Source: Phycisphaerae bacterium (GTDB lineage: Bacteria > Planctomycetota > Phycisphaerae > UBA1845). From it: a DNA stretch of 64,000 bases. The notes beneath the pieces are model-generated. The model ran no database searches. It had not been told where the DNA came from and was given only the letters and a program-made list of their open reading frames with translations. Positions 1-10,110 of the stretch are shown here, piece after piece; positions within the stretch are counted from its first letter, which is position 1; each line of letters starts with the position of its first letter. A program made the translations under genes and the position numbers. The stretch is from assembly GCA_963666835.2 (NCBI GenBank), contig CAXXGO010000001.1, forward strand, positions 512,001 to 576,000, in the 5' to 3' direction.

Positions 1-15
1 CAGCGAGGTTCGGTT

Positions 16-2145
16 GTGACGGCAACAGTGGGCAATGGCGTTGTCGGCGCCATCGACGGTTTCACGATCACGGGAGGTAACGCCCGTTACGGCGGCGGTG
101 GCGGACTGTATCTGCGGTATTCCTCTCCGACGATTGCGAACAACACGATTACGGGAAACACGGCTAACACCCTCGCCGGCGGCGGCGGATTGTATCTGTG
201 GTATTCCTCCCCGACAATTGTGAACAATACGATTACGAGAAACGGCGGATCCGACCACGGCGGCGGACTGTACCTTGGCAATTCCTCCCCGACGATCGCG
301 AACAACACGATCACGAGCAACACGGCTAGCCACTCCGGCGGCGGGCTGTTTCTCGTGTCTTCCTCCCCAACGATTGCAAACAACACGATCACGGGCAACA
401 GTGCCCAATACGGTGGCGGGTTACACCTCGGGTGTAGCTCCCCGACGATCACGAACACGATCATCGCGTTCAACTCTTCTGGCGTTTGCGGGTACGCCGA
501 CGTAAGCCCGCCGGTCCTTCGGCACAACTGCGTCTACGGCAACACCGCGTACGACTGGTATGGTCTGGACCCCACCGGGACCAACGGCAACATCTCGCAA
601 GACCCGTTGTTTGCCGACGCACGGTATGACAACGTACACATCCAGCCGGATTCGCCTTGTGTCAACGCCGGAAGCAACCCGGATTCCTACGGTGATTTCG
701 ACGTGGATGGAGAGCCCCGCATCCATCCGGTGGACGGAATCGTGGACATCGGAGCCGACGAGTCAAACGGTACGTTGTGGCCACCCGGGCCGTATGCCGT
801 CATACGGGTGAGCCCCCTGGGGGACGATATCAACGATGGCTCGTCCTGGGCCCAGGCCAAGTGTACGGTTCAGGCGGGAGTCGACGCGGCATCGGCGCTG
901 GGTGGCGAGGTGTGGGTGCAGTCCGGTTCTTACGAAGAGAACATCATCCTACATCCCTATGCGTACCTCTATGGAGGCTTCGCCGGCGACGAAGAAGTTC
1001 GGGACGAGCGGGACTGGGTTGGCAACGTTACGATTCTCGACGGCCGGCAGCAAGGCTCGGTGGTGACCGCAAAAGTGGGCAATGGCGTTGTCAGCGCCAT
1101 CGACGGTTTCACGATTACGGCAGGTATCGCCAGTTGCGGCGGCGGGTTGTACCTTGAGAACTCCTCGCCGACGATCGCGAACAACACGATCATGAGAAAC
1201 AGTGCCAACTGCGGTGGCGGCGGGCTGTGTCTCGTGTATTCCTCGCCGACGATCGCGAACAACACCATTACGGGAAACGGTGGATCCGAACACGGCGGCG
1301 GGCTGTATCTTTACAATTCCTCCCCGACGATTGCGAACAACACGATCACGAGCAACACGGCTGGCGGCTTCGGCGGTGGGATGCACCTGTTTGGATCCTC
1401 CCCGATGATTGCGAACAACACAATCATGGGGAACAATGCCCAACCCGGTGGCGGATTGTGCCTTGAGGATTCCTCCCCGACGATCACGAACACGATTATC
1501 GCGTTCAACTCGTCCGGGGTCTACGGCTGCACATACCGCGACGTAACTACGCCGATTCTCAGGTACAACTGCGTCCACGGCAACACCGAGTACAACTATG
1601 ACGGCCTCTCGGACCCCACCGGGACCGACGGCAACATCTCGCAAGACCCGTTGTTTGTGCGAGATCCCGACGATGGTGGCGACGGCTGGGGTGATGATCC
1701 CGACACGCTGGCCATCGACGAAAGCGCCAACGACGACTACGGCAACCTCCGCCATCTGCCCGGCTCGCCGTGCATCGACGCCGCCGACAACGATGCCGTC
1801 CTCAACGACATGCTCGACATTGACGGTGATGGCGACGTGACCGAACCGATCCCGTTCGACCTCGATGGTTACACCCGCTTCGTGGATGACCCGCGGACGG
1901 TGGATGCGGGCAATCCCGGCGGGCAGGGGCCGCCCGTTGTCGATATGGGCGCCTACGAGTTCCGCCCGGGGGACTGCGGCCATGACGGTGCTGTGGACAT
2001 GTCCGACTACGCAGGGTGGGAGAGCTGTCTGTTGGGTCCCGTGGACCAGACCCCGGCCGGGTGCGAGTGCTTCGACGTAAACGGCGACGATCACGTTGAC
2101 CTCGCGGACTTCGCCGTGCTTCAGGTGAATCTTACGGGGCCGTGA
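16..2145 (+). CDS. Right-handed parallel beta-helix repeat protein with C-terminal dockerin/EF-hand-like motifs (5' end outside window)
   Basis: Repeated 'GGGLYL.SSPTIANNTITGN' units, two duplicated modules ending 'SPC.DAG...DxGA.E', C-terminal 'GDCGHDGAVDMSD...DVNGDDHVDLADF'. Confidence 0.85.
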   Translation: MTATVGNGVVGAIDGFTITGGNARYGGGGGLYLRYSSPTIANNTITGNTANTLAGGGGLYLWYSSPTIVNNTITRNGGSDHGGGLYLGNSSPTIANNTITSNTASHSGGGLFLVSSSPTIANNTITGNSAQYGGGLHLGCSSPTITNTIIAFNSSGVCGYADVSPPVLRHNCVYGNTAYDWYGLDPTGTNGNISQDPLFADARYDNVHIQPDSPCVNAGSNPDSYGDFDVDGEPRIHPVDGIVDIGADESNGTLWPPGPYAVIRVSPLGDDINDGSSWAQAKCTVQAGVDAASALGGEVWVQSGSYEENIILHPYAYLYGGFAGDEEVRDERDWVGNVTILDGRQQGSVVTAKVGNGVVSAIDGFTITAGIASCGGGLYLENSSPTIANNTIMRNSANCGGGGLCLVYSSPTIANNTITGNGGSEHGGGLYLYNSSPTIANNTITSNTAGGFGGGMHLFGSSPMIANNTIMGNNAQPGGGLCLEDSSPTITNTIIAFNSSGVYGCTYRDVTTPILRYNCVHGNTEYNYDGLSDPTGTDGNISQDPLFVRDPDDGGDGWGDDPDTLAIDESANDDYGNLRHLPGSPCIDAADNDAVLNDMLDIDGDGDVTEPIPFDLDGYTRFVDDPRTVDAGNPGGQGPPVVDMGAYEFRPGDCGHDGAVDMSDYAGWESCLLGPVDQTPAGCECFDVNGDDHVDLADFAVLQVNLTGP

Positions 2146-2384
2146 GGCGGGTGCGGCGTTGTTCGTAGCGTACGTGGCGAGACCTTTACGAGCCCGGATG
2201 TTGCCCCAGCACGCCCTCGATCATGGCCCGCAGCCCAGCTCGGACGGACGGCGGGAGCTGGCCCCACGACTCGATTACGAACACGAGCTCCGGATCCGCG
2301 GCCCCAGGCGGCGCCATGCATGGCGCCATGCGCGATTCCGCACTACCCGTAACTGCCGCCCCGGCCAGAGCTTGCGCCCCCGGG

Positions 2385-2412
2385 GACGGGGGTTCGATTC
2401 CCCCCGCCTCCA
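2385..2412 (+). mobile_element. tmRNA (ssrA) 3'-end fragment; putative att core
   Basis: GACGGGGG-TTCGATT-CCCCC-CGCCTCCA = T-arm plus 3' acceptor strand typical of tmRNA; no matching 5' part upstream; about 220 bp before an integrase. Confidence 0.75.
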
Positions 2413-2630
2413 GTTCGTAAGTACTTATTTCACAAGCACTTGCGCGCCGGAAAACGGCAATACGGGTACTATATCGGGTACTCTGTTTCCGGGCGCGGGA
2501 CAAATCACAGCCCATCCGGGCTGAAATTCACAGCTCTTCCCTTCCGCTCTTCTAGCGGGAAGCTCGATTTGCGGCCAAGACGCCGAGCACCTTTTGCAGG
2601 CGGGGATGCCCCGCGGAAAGGGCGCGTCCG

Positions 2631-3827
2631 ATGGCGAGCCTCGCGAAAGAGAAGGGCAAGTACTACCGGATCCACTGGAAGTTCGTGGTCGGCGCCGGTC
2701 CCCAAGCCGGCCAGACGATCGAGGGCAGCCTCTACCTCGGCCGGTGCACGCGGGCTGCAGCGAGGATCCGGCTTCGTGAAGTGGAGATCTGGGAGGAAGC
2801 GGTCAAGACCGGCCGCCACCTGCCCGACGGCCAGTGGCAGGAGATCTACAAGCTGTGGCTGCGGGAGAAGGAACTCAGCTACGCGCCGCAATCGTTGGAG
2901 CGAGCCCAGCGCGTCATCTCGATCTACGTGCGTTGGCGAGAACGGAAGCGTTTGCCATGCTCGCACATCGAAGAACTTGCCTGCCGACAAGACCTGCTAC
3001 GTTGGCGCGACTATCGACTTGACCGTGAGGCCGGGCGCAAGACGGTAGCGAACGACCTCGCGACACTCTCATCTCTGTTCGAGTGGTGCGTTCATGAGAG
3101 GTACCTCAGCGAGAATCCGATCCACCGGGTGACACGCCCTCGCTTTGTAACCAAGAAGGAGGGAACGCCGCTTACGCGTGAGCAGGCCGGCCGCTGGCTT
3201 TGGTCCATCAAAGCGCGGCGCACGCGAAGCGGGCGAGGGCCGCGCAGCTGGGATGAAGTACGGCGCAAACGCCAGCTCGCGGTATTCCTGCTCAATACCG
3301 GCGTCCGCAACGGCGAGCTGTGCGCGTTAAGCATCGAGGATCTCCGCGTCGATGACGATGAGCAGCTTCTCTACGTCATGGGTAAGGGGCTCAAGCAGCG
3401 TTGGGTTCCATTAAACGGTGCCGCGCTCGCGGCAGTTCGATGCCATCTCCAAAGTCGTGGCAATCCGACTCGCGGCCCGTTGTTCGTTACGTGTGCAGGA
3501 GAGCGATACAACGTCCGGCAGCTTGCCTCGGAGTTTGCCGATATGGGCCGGTGCTACGCCGAGGAGATCAACGTCAATCCGCACAACCTGCGCCACACTT
3601 TCGCCACCTGGCTGGCACGATCCACGTCGAACGTTTCGTTGGTCCAGAAGATCCTCGGCCACGAAGACGTGAACACGACGTTCAGGTACTACGTGCACAC
3701 GGCCGACTACGAGCTGGCCGGCGCCACGGCAAGCTTGAGGGGTAAGCCCAAGGAGAACGGTGCACACCGATCTCGCGGGCTAGACACGTTCAAGGTCATC
3801 CCGTTTCCCGGGCGACGCGTCGTCTGA
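2631..3827 (+). CDS. Tyrosine recombinase/integrase
   Basis: Catalytic motifs TGVRNGEL, GKGLK, HNLRHTF, LGH, Y. Confidence 0.95.
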   Translation: MASLAKEKGKYYRIHWKFVVGAGPQAGQTIEGSLYLGRCTRAAARIRLREVEIWEEAVKTGRHLPDGQWQEIYKLWLREKELSYAPQSLERAQRVISIYVRWRERKRLPCSHIEELACRQDLLRWRDYRLDREAGRKTVANDLATLSSLFEWCVHERYLSENPIHRVTRPRFVTKKEGTPLTREQAGRWLWSIKARRTRSGRGPRSWDEVRRKRQLAVFLLNTGVRNGELCALSIEDLRVDDDEQLLYVMGKGLKQRWVPLNGAALAAVRCHLQSRGNPTRGPLFVTCAGERYNVRQLASEFADMGRCYAEEINVNPHNLRHTFATWLARSTSNVSLVQKILGHEDVNTTFRYYVHTADYELAGATASLRGKPKENGAHRSRGLDTFKVIPFPGRRVV

Positions 3828-3891
3828 TGCGGGGGAGCAGCCCGGGGCGGATGTCCGACGGTTGGCGCCTCGACTTGCGTGGACAGGATGA

Positions 3892-4119
3892 TTATGCCAG
3901 TTTGCGTTGTGCTCGCTTATCGAGATGGGCTTGCTGGTTGTGGCGCTTGCGGCAATGCTCGATGACGTAGCTCCATAACCACCGTGGTTTGCCGGAGATC
4001 CCCATGCAGGGCCCAGGCAGTTCGCCGCGCGCAACCAAGCGGCGAACTGTACGAGGGTGAACACCGAGCCTCTGTGCGAGTTGCACTTGATCCACGAATT
4101 CATCGTGGCCATCAGCCAT
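3892..4119 (-). CDS. AlpA/excisionase-like HTH protein
   Basis: 75 aa 'LAQRLGVHPRTVRRLVARGELPGP...RW', convergent with the integrase. Confidence 0.75.
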   Translation of the reverse strand: MADGHDEFVDQVQLAQRLGVHPRTVRRLVARGELPGPCMGISGKPRWLWSYVIEHCRKRHNQQAHLDKRAQRKLA

Positions 4120-4288
4120 CGTCAGCGGCGTGGTTGTGCGACCGGAAGTTGAACCGTGGCCGGGCACACCGGCCTCCACGGTAGATTGCCGTCTTCGGTC
4201 ATCGCCTCCGGGTAGGTGGCCTCGCTCCACCGTACTGTGAAGCCGGCTGTTCCTATTCGACTTCGCTCGTTTGTGTGGCATTGGATGC

Positions 4289-5803
4289 TCAACCGCACGA
4301 ATTATGCAGGCAGCTGTCGCACACGAAGCAGCCGGCTTCGCGGCGCATGCGCCGGTTGCAGAATGGGCACGATCGACCTGCGGCCCGTTCGGCGGCCCCG
4401 TCCGGGCAGGTAGATCCGCCCAATGCCTCTTCGATCGCCCGGGCAATCGCGTCCGGGCAGGACAAAACGTCGATGCCGTTATGGCTCTTCCGTGCCGCCG
4501 CCGTCGACGGGCACCGGATGCCGCGCAGCTGCTCGATCAGCTCCTTCGGGCTTACGCCAGATCGCAAGGCCGTGGAAACCGCCCGACACGTTGCCTCCGA
4601 CTGCGACGGGCAACCGCCGGCCTTGCCGAGATTAGCGAACACTTCGCACAGCCCGGCCTCATCTCGGTTGACCGTAACGAAGAGCGTTCCACAGCCCATG
4701 CGGAACTTGAAAGTCTGCCCACTCGTGACACGGCTACGAGTCCTGGGGGTCGGCCCGCTACCTGACGCGGTAACGCCCTTGTCGTTCAGGGTCGAAAGCG
4801 TCTGACCACGCCGTGAACCATCGCGGTACACGGTGATCCCTTTGCAGCCAAGTTCGAAGGCCATCCGAAACACCTTGTCGACCTCGGTAGCGCCAGCGCT
4901 ATTCGGCAGATTGACCGTCTTGGAGACGGCGTTATCGACGTTCTCCTGAAACGCCGATTGCATGAGCACATGCCAGTCCGGAGTGACCTCATGGGCGGTC
5001 ACAAGAAGCTCGGCGATGCCCTTGGGGATGCCGGACACGTCGGTTGCAGGAACGCCCTCCAGCAGGGCCTCGCGGACGCGGTCGTCTATCCAGCCGTCGC
5101 GCAGGCCGATTCTCTCGAGGAGCGGGTGTACCTGAATGAACTCCTGACCCTCCAGGGCGTTTCGGCGATAGGCCAGGCTGTAGATCGGTTCGATCCCGCT
5201 GCTGCAGCCGGCAATGATGCTGATGCTGCCCGTCGGTGCGATGGTCGTGCAGGAAGCGTTGCGCATGGGCGAGCCATGCTCCGAATCCCAAATGCTCCCT
5301 GCCCAGTTCGGGAAACTGCCGCGCTCCTCGGCCAATTGTGAGCTTGCGCCGTGGGCGTGATCCTGGATGAAGCGGCTGACCCCCGAAGCGAACCCGAGCG
5401 CCGCGTCACTGTCATAACGCATTCCCAGCAGGATCAGCGTGTCGGCTAAGCCCATGACGCCCAACCCGATCTTGCGGTTGCCGAGAGATCGCGATCGGAT
5501 CTCTTTGGTCGGATAGTGGGTCAAGTCAACGACGTCATCGAGGAACCGGATAGAGAGCTTCACAGCCTTGCCGAGAGAATCCCAATCCAGGTCCCCGGCG
5601 TCCTCGTCGACGAACGTGGCGAGATTGATCGAACCGAGATTGCAGGCCTCGTTCGGGAGCAGAGGCATCTCACCACAGGGATTGGTCGCTTCGATCCGGC
5701 CAAGCCCGGGCGTTGGGTTGTCCTCGTTAACACGGTCGATGAAGCAGACACCGGGTTCACCCGTCGCGTGAGCGTTATTGACGATCATGTTCCAGACGTC
5801 GCG
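4289..5803 (-). pseudogene. nrdJ: 5'-truncated class II (AdoCbl-dependent) ribonucleotide reductase with C-terminal TSCPD/zinc-ribbon region
   Basis: GEPG.FIDR, IEATNPCGE, CNLGSINL, TIAPTG, VSKTVN, GITVYRDG, C-terminal CxxC motifs; similarity starts abruptly at 'RDVWNMIV'. Confidence 0.85.
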
Positions 5804-5916
5804 CCGGCTGTAGCAGGGAACGCCTGCGTCACCGGCTGGCACGAGATCCTGGAGTGAGTAACCGGGCAGGGAGACCACACGCGGGATCACGTATCGGTGA
5901 CCGGTTCGCCGCGAAC

Positions 5917-6180
5917 ATGAACGACGCCCTGGACCATGTGATGAGTGAATTAGGTGTTGGTGTGAAGCCGGGACGAGACCGGCCATCGAGTGGGAAGCCG
6001 GTTAACCAGCCCACGGCTGCGAAGCCTACGGCGCCCAAGCCGCACGGTAAGCCGCCCGGCAAGGACGAGGAGCTCGAGGCCCTGTCCAAAATTGACCTCC
6101 AGCGCCATGCGGCGAGCGTGCTCGGCCTGGACCCCGAGACGGTGAAGAAGGCCACGACGAAGCAGTCAGGCCAATCCTGA
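5917..6180 (+). CDS. Hypothetical protein or gene fragment
   Basis: Pro/Lys-rich ORF ending 8 bp before the WD40 gene. Confidence 0.4.
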   Translation: MNDALDHVMSELGVGVKPGRDRPSSGKPVNQPTAAKPTAPKPHGKPPGKDEELEALSKIDLQRHAASVLGLDPETVKKATTKQSGQS

Positions 6181-6188
6181 CGAGGTCG

Positions 6189-8051
6189 ATGATCGAAACT
6201 GAGCTTATCTCGTGTGCATTGTTGGGCGGCGGTCGATCGCGACCGGGCTTGTGGATCCTACGTCCTGGCGACGGCGAGCCCACACGGATTGCCAATCTCG
6301 AACTTGGCCAGAGTGTCTACGCAATCGACGTGGACGCGGACGCTGGATTGATCGTACTTGGCACACGAAGTGGAAGCATAAAGGTCCTGCCCGTGCGGGA
6401 GGAATCCGCGGGGCCGGGCCAACAGGAACACGTCACCCTATCCCAGAACGCCCCCCTTCTGGCAGTATGTTTCGCCGGCAAGGACCGTGTTGTCGGCGCT
6501 GACGCTGCCGGCCGATGTTTGCTGTGGAACCCCCTTGATCGCAGCAATGGTGCAACGCCCCTTGAAGTCAAGGGAGGTACCGTCTGTTCGGTCTTGCCGC
6601 TCACGCAGGAGTCGGTCATTGGTCTTTCGACCGATGGCAAGCTGTTGATCTGGGACGTGCGGACCGGCACTCTCACGCGCGTCGTCGACGCACACAAACC
6701 CTGCAAGAAGCATGCGCTGGTCCGGCTGCGCCACTGGGCCGCCCGCAACGCTATCGTATACGCGTCTAGCGAGGGCGACCTTGTAGTCTGGGAAATCGAC
6801 TCGCAGCAAGCAAACCTTCTCCCCGCCCACTCTGGCGAGTTCTACGTCATCATGGCGGCTGGCGACCGGCTGTACACGATAGGCAGGAACGATGGGTTGC
6901 TGAAGGTATGGGATCCAACCGCCACGAACTGTTGCCGGCAGATCGGCGCGCCGAAGGGCGTTGCCGCTGGAGACATCCTCCCGGATCACACTGACAAGAT
7001 GCTCCTCGTCAACGACGAAGGACAAGCAGCCATTTACGAGATCAACGCGAACTCGCTGCGAGTGCTGCGCCGGTTTGCAGGTGACAGCTATCGAAGCGTG
7101 TATTGCAGCTCCCAAGAAGCACGGAGAGCCTTCGAACAGAGATGGCGAGTTACGAGGGGGGAGCAGCTTCAAGAGCAGATTCGAGCCAAGATAGACGCTG
7201 GCGAATGCGAGGCTCTCGAGGAGTTCTACCAGGAGTTGATCACGCTTGGCTTTGAGCTGGTCGCGCTTGCCCTTCGCGCCCGGCAGGCCGCAAAGGAACA
7301 CGATGATCTTGGCACACTTGGAGCCATCCACGCACTGGTGACTGGCCTGCCGCACGAAGAGAAAACGCGATCCTCGTGGCTTCACCGTTACGCCCAAGTA
7401 CTCGAGTCGCTCTGGTGCCTTGAAGAGGCTCGTGCAGCCCAGCGAGAAGCTGGCGTCGGACAGGCGGTTTCCCACTGGCTCGATGAGGCTGCCAGGGTCA
7501 TCGCGGCGGACAATTGGATCGCAGAGCCAGACGCGCCGTTGCCCGCCTTGATCGAGGCGGCGACGATCATCGGAACGCCGTTTCGCGGGAGATGGGTTTT
7601 GGCGGTGTCCGCGCAGCTGAAATACGACGCCGGGACGCTAACCCCCCAGACGCTTACTGCCGCATACAAGGAAGTCAGGCGGAAGCGCGTGTCCGCGGGG
7701 GCGCTTCCCGCCAGGATCGAAAGCCCTTGGTGGATATCGCGAGCGTCGGTGCAAGAGGTAGGCACCATTCTTCTCGGAGATACGGCAAGGCAGGCAGTTC
7801 CGGGGATTCGGCCGGCCGTCCAGATTCGCAACGAGGCGCATCACATCGTGGCAATGCCTGTGATCCTTCTGGAGACCGGTCGCCCGACGGACGACATTGA
7901 TGTCGAGGAACACAATCAACGAGTCCTATCTGTCTGCGAAGAAGTGAGCCACCTGGAGCCAGACGATCTCTGGCCACGCGCAACCTATCACGACATGATC
8001 CAGGCTCTGCGCGCGCTGAACACTAAGGCTCGACGCGACAGGCGGCTGTAG
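6189..8051 (+). CDS. WD40-repeat (beta-propeller) protein with helical C-terminal region
   Basis: Repeated 'DGKLLIWD', 'EGDLVVWE', 'DGLLKVWD'. Confidence 0.8.
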   Translation: MIETELISCALLGGGRSRPGLWILRPGDGEPTRIANLELGQSVYAIDVDADAGLIVLGTRSGSIKVLPVREESAGPGQQEHVTLSQNAPLLAVCFAGKDRVVGADAAGRCLLWNPLDRSNGATPLEVKGGTVCSVLPLTQESVIGLSTDGKLLIWDVRTGTLTRVVDAHKPCKKHALVRLRHWAARNAIVYASSEGDLVVWEIDSQQANLLPAHSGEFYVIMAAGDRLYTIGRNDGLLKVWDPTATNCCRQIGAPKGVAAGDILPDHTDKMLLVNDEGQAAIYEINANSLRVLRRFAGDSYRSVYCSSQEARRAFEQRWRVTRGEQLQEQIRAKIDAGECEALEEFYQELITLGFELVALALRARQAAKEHDDLGTLGAIHALVTGLPHEEKTRSSWLHRYAQVLESLWCLEEARAAQREAGVGQAVSHWLDEAARVIAADNWIAEPDAPLPALIEAATIIGTPFRGRWVLAVSAQLKYDAGTLTPQTLTAAYKEVRRKRVSAGALPARIESPWWISRASVQEVGTILLGDTARQAVPGIRPAVQIRNEAHHIVAMPVILLETGRPTDDIDVEEHNQRVLSVCEEVSHLEPDDLWPRATYHDMIQALRALNTKARRDRRL

Positions 8052-8988
8052 ACGGCTTGGCGGGATCCATGTCGCGACTCGGTCGTTCCCAGGTAAATGG
8101 CAGCCGCCAGGCCCCGCGCCGACAAATCGCCGTTGGAAGCGACGGCTGGAATCGACGCTGCTGACACATCAGCATCAAGCTACGCGCGGCCGAAGCCCCG
8201 CGACCCAGCGATTGTGAGCGCCGGTGCCGGCCAGCTCGTTGGGGTCAAACCCCCGACGAGCTAGATGTGAGCCAGTTTCACGAGCGGGCCCCCAGTGCTG
8301 TTACAGCAATGGATCGCTCCAGCGTGCCCGCGCCCCGCCGTCGTGCGTCCGATCATCGAATACGACGTAACCTCTGCTATCGGGCGTGGCGGGTGCACGG
8401 AGCCTTGTATGTCGGCCGACGTCCAGCTTGGGAAGCTCGTTCCCGATCTAACCGACTGGCTCTTAAAGCCTTTGGCAGCAGTAGCTTAGCGTGTTCTCCG
8501 GTTTTCGCAAATCGTCGCATTCTGACGCATTTTGGCGCGTTTTGTGGTAGTACTACCACTTCTGTGCCATCTATCTGGCACTGAGCAACGCTTCGCGGCT
8601 CTCCCAGCCAGAAGACCCACGCAGGGCACGGAACCGAACTCAATTAACGCCCCGCGAAGCCGGCCGTTACGACGCATCCCCCCCATCCTTCTGCGAGGGA
8701 CACGAACGGACATCACAGGGGACCGATCCTGGCCGAGTGCTGGTCCTGAGCGCCCCGTGCCTGCCAAGACGACAGGCAGCCCGGCTGTTGGCTGGACACC
8801 TGATTCGCGACGCGCGTTCGTGAAGATAAGGTACTGCTGCGCCGATGGCCTCCTCGTTCCGACCATGCGGAAGAACGCGGGCGCGCTGTCGAGTAAGGGA
8901 TGCAGGGAGCGAAAACGCATTTCACGAATTGCCGGATAATGTCCGCGGAGCAACGAACATGCGTCGCCAACGAGAGAAATCTAAGAGT

Positions 8989-9180
8989 ATGAAGGAGCTC
9001 AGGCTGGCCAGCCTGAAGACCATCTCAGAGCTTGTCGATGCCAACCGTTCCACCGTGCGTCGCTGGCTCGCCCAGGCCGATATTCACCCGGTAGCGCTTG
9101 GCCACGGGCGGAACGGTGCGATCCGGTTCTACTGGCGCGACGTTGAACAGTGGCTGACCTCTCAAGAAGAGATCGACTGA
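8989..9180 (+). CDS. Small excisionase-like HTH DNA-binding protein
   Basis: 'LKTISELVDANRSTVRRWL...IRFYWRDVEQWL'. Confidence 0.65.
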   Translation: MKELRLASLKTISELVDANRSTVRRWLAQADIHPVALGHGRNGAIRFYWRDVEQWLTSQEEID

Positions 9181-9246
9181 CGTCTGGTGTCGGTCGTCCC
9201 CACGGCTCGAAACCTGAGATCAGACATCGGCCCGCGCGGTGTGATT

Positions 9247-9273
9247 CGGCCAGCAACCTCCGGGTTATGAGCC
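9247..9273 (-). mobile_element. tRNA-Met anticodon-arm fragment (relic att site)
   Basis: Minus strand reads GGCTCATAACCCGGAGGTTGCTGG; not a complete tRNA. Confidence 0.55.
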
Positions 9274-9883
9274 TTACATGCTACTTGGCGCCTAAACCAT
9301 TGTCAGCACGTAACCTACAGCGTTTTCAAGAGGTTGCATGTCGTTTTCCCAACTCTACATGTGCAACATGTTCACCATGTAGAGCACCATTTTGGGCCTC
9401 ATTCTGGTCACCCCCTGCGCGCGAGTCAACCCGACCGCAGAGGTACGGTCGCATCCGCCGAGTATGCGTGCCAGTGCATCCAGTTGTCTCACGCGGTTTT
9501 GGACGTGGCGGCCATGCCCGTCTCCCCGGCTTCCGGCAGTCGGGTTCAACAGGTGCGCGCACTCCCAACACCAGTCTGACGCGGAAGCCAGACGGACAAG
9601 GTGTCCGTCCCGATGCGTGGCAACAACTGCCAGCGTAGCGCATGGCTGGTGGTCGTCTCGTCGGCGGAAGCGCTGAGGATCAGTCACGGACGCGTCCGAA
9701 CGTCCAGCTTGGCAAGCCGCCTTTTTACCACGGTCGCGTGCTGAAATGCCGCACAACAAGCCAAGGAGCACGAAATCAAGTGCGGATTTGCGCGAATCCA
9801 GCTACTATCAGCGAGCCGATCATGTATACTACTATTAGTGGCTGGAGCCGCTGCGTACCAAGCGGCCGGCCCGACAGCTGTTC

Positions 9884-9989
9884 TCGGATGACTTGATAAA
9901 GGGCAACCCGGCCGCGCCGGGTGGCTCGTTGCAGAGTAAGCCGACGTGGTTGAGCACCTTCGGGTGTTTGACCACGTCGGCTTTTTTTT
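9884..9989 (+). ncRNA. Repeated cis-regulatory leader, copy 1 (61-nt hairpin overlapping intrinsic terminator 9940-9989)
   Basis: TCGGATGACTT..GGGCAACCCGG..CCGGGTGGCTCGTTG.AGAGTAAGCCGA followed by long stem-loop and T8; -10-like TATACT at 9825-9830. Confidence 0.85.
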
Positions 9990-10110
9990 GGGCTTGCAGT
10001 GACTTGAGGAGGTTGCAACCACCGAGAACCGTGAGGAGCGAAGTGAGTGCTGGTCCGTGCAGCTGGGGACGGGGCTGGGCAGGCACGAAGCGAGGTGCAC
10101 CGATACGAGA

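Noticed and set aside
16..1960. DNA repeats in the first 2 kb as an array
   Set aside because: They are in-frame beta-helix coding repeats and a module duplication within one protein.
2385..2412. Complete tRNA or tmRNA gene
   Set aside because: Only the T-arm and 3' acceptor strand are present; no 5' acceptor strand is visible upstream.
8060..8950. ORFs between the WD40 gene and the small HTH gene
   Set aside because: No recognisable motifs or convincing starts; left unannotated.
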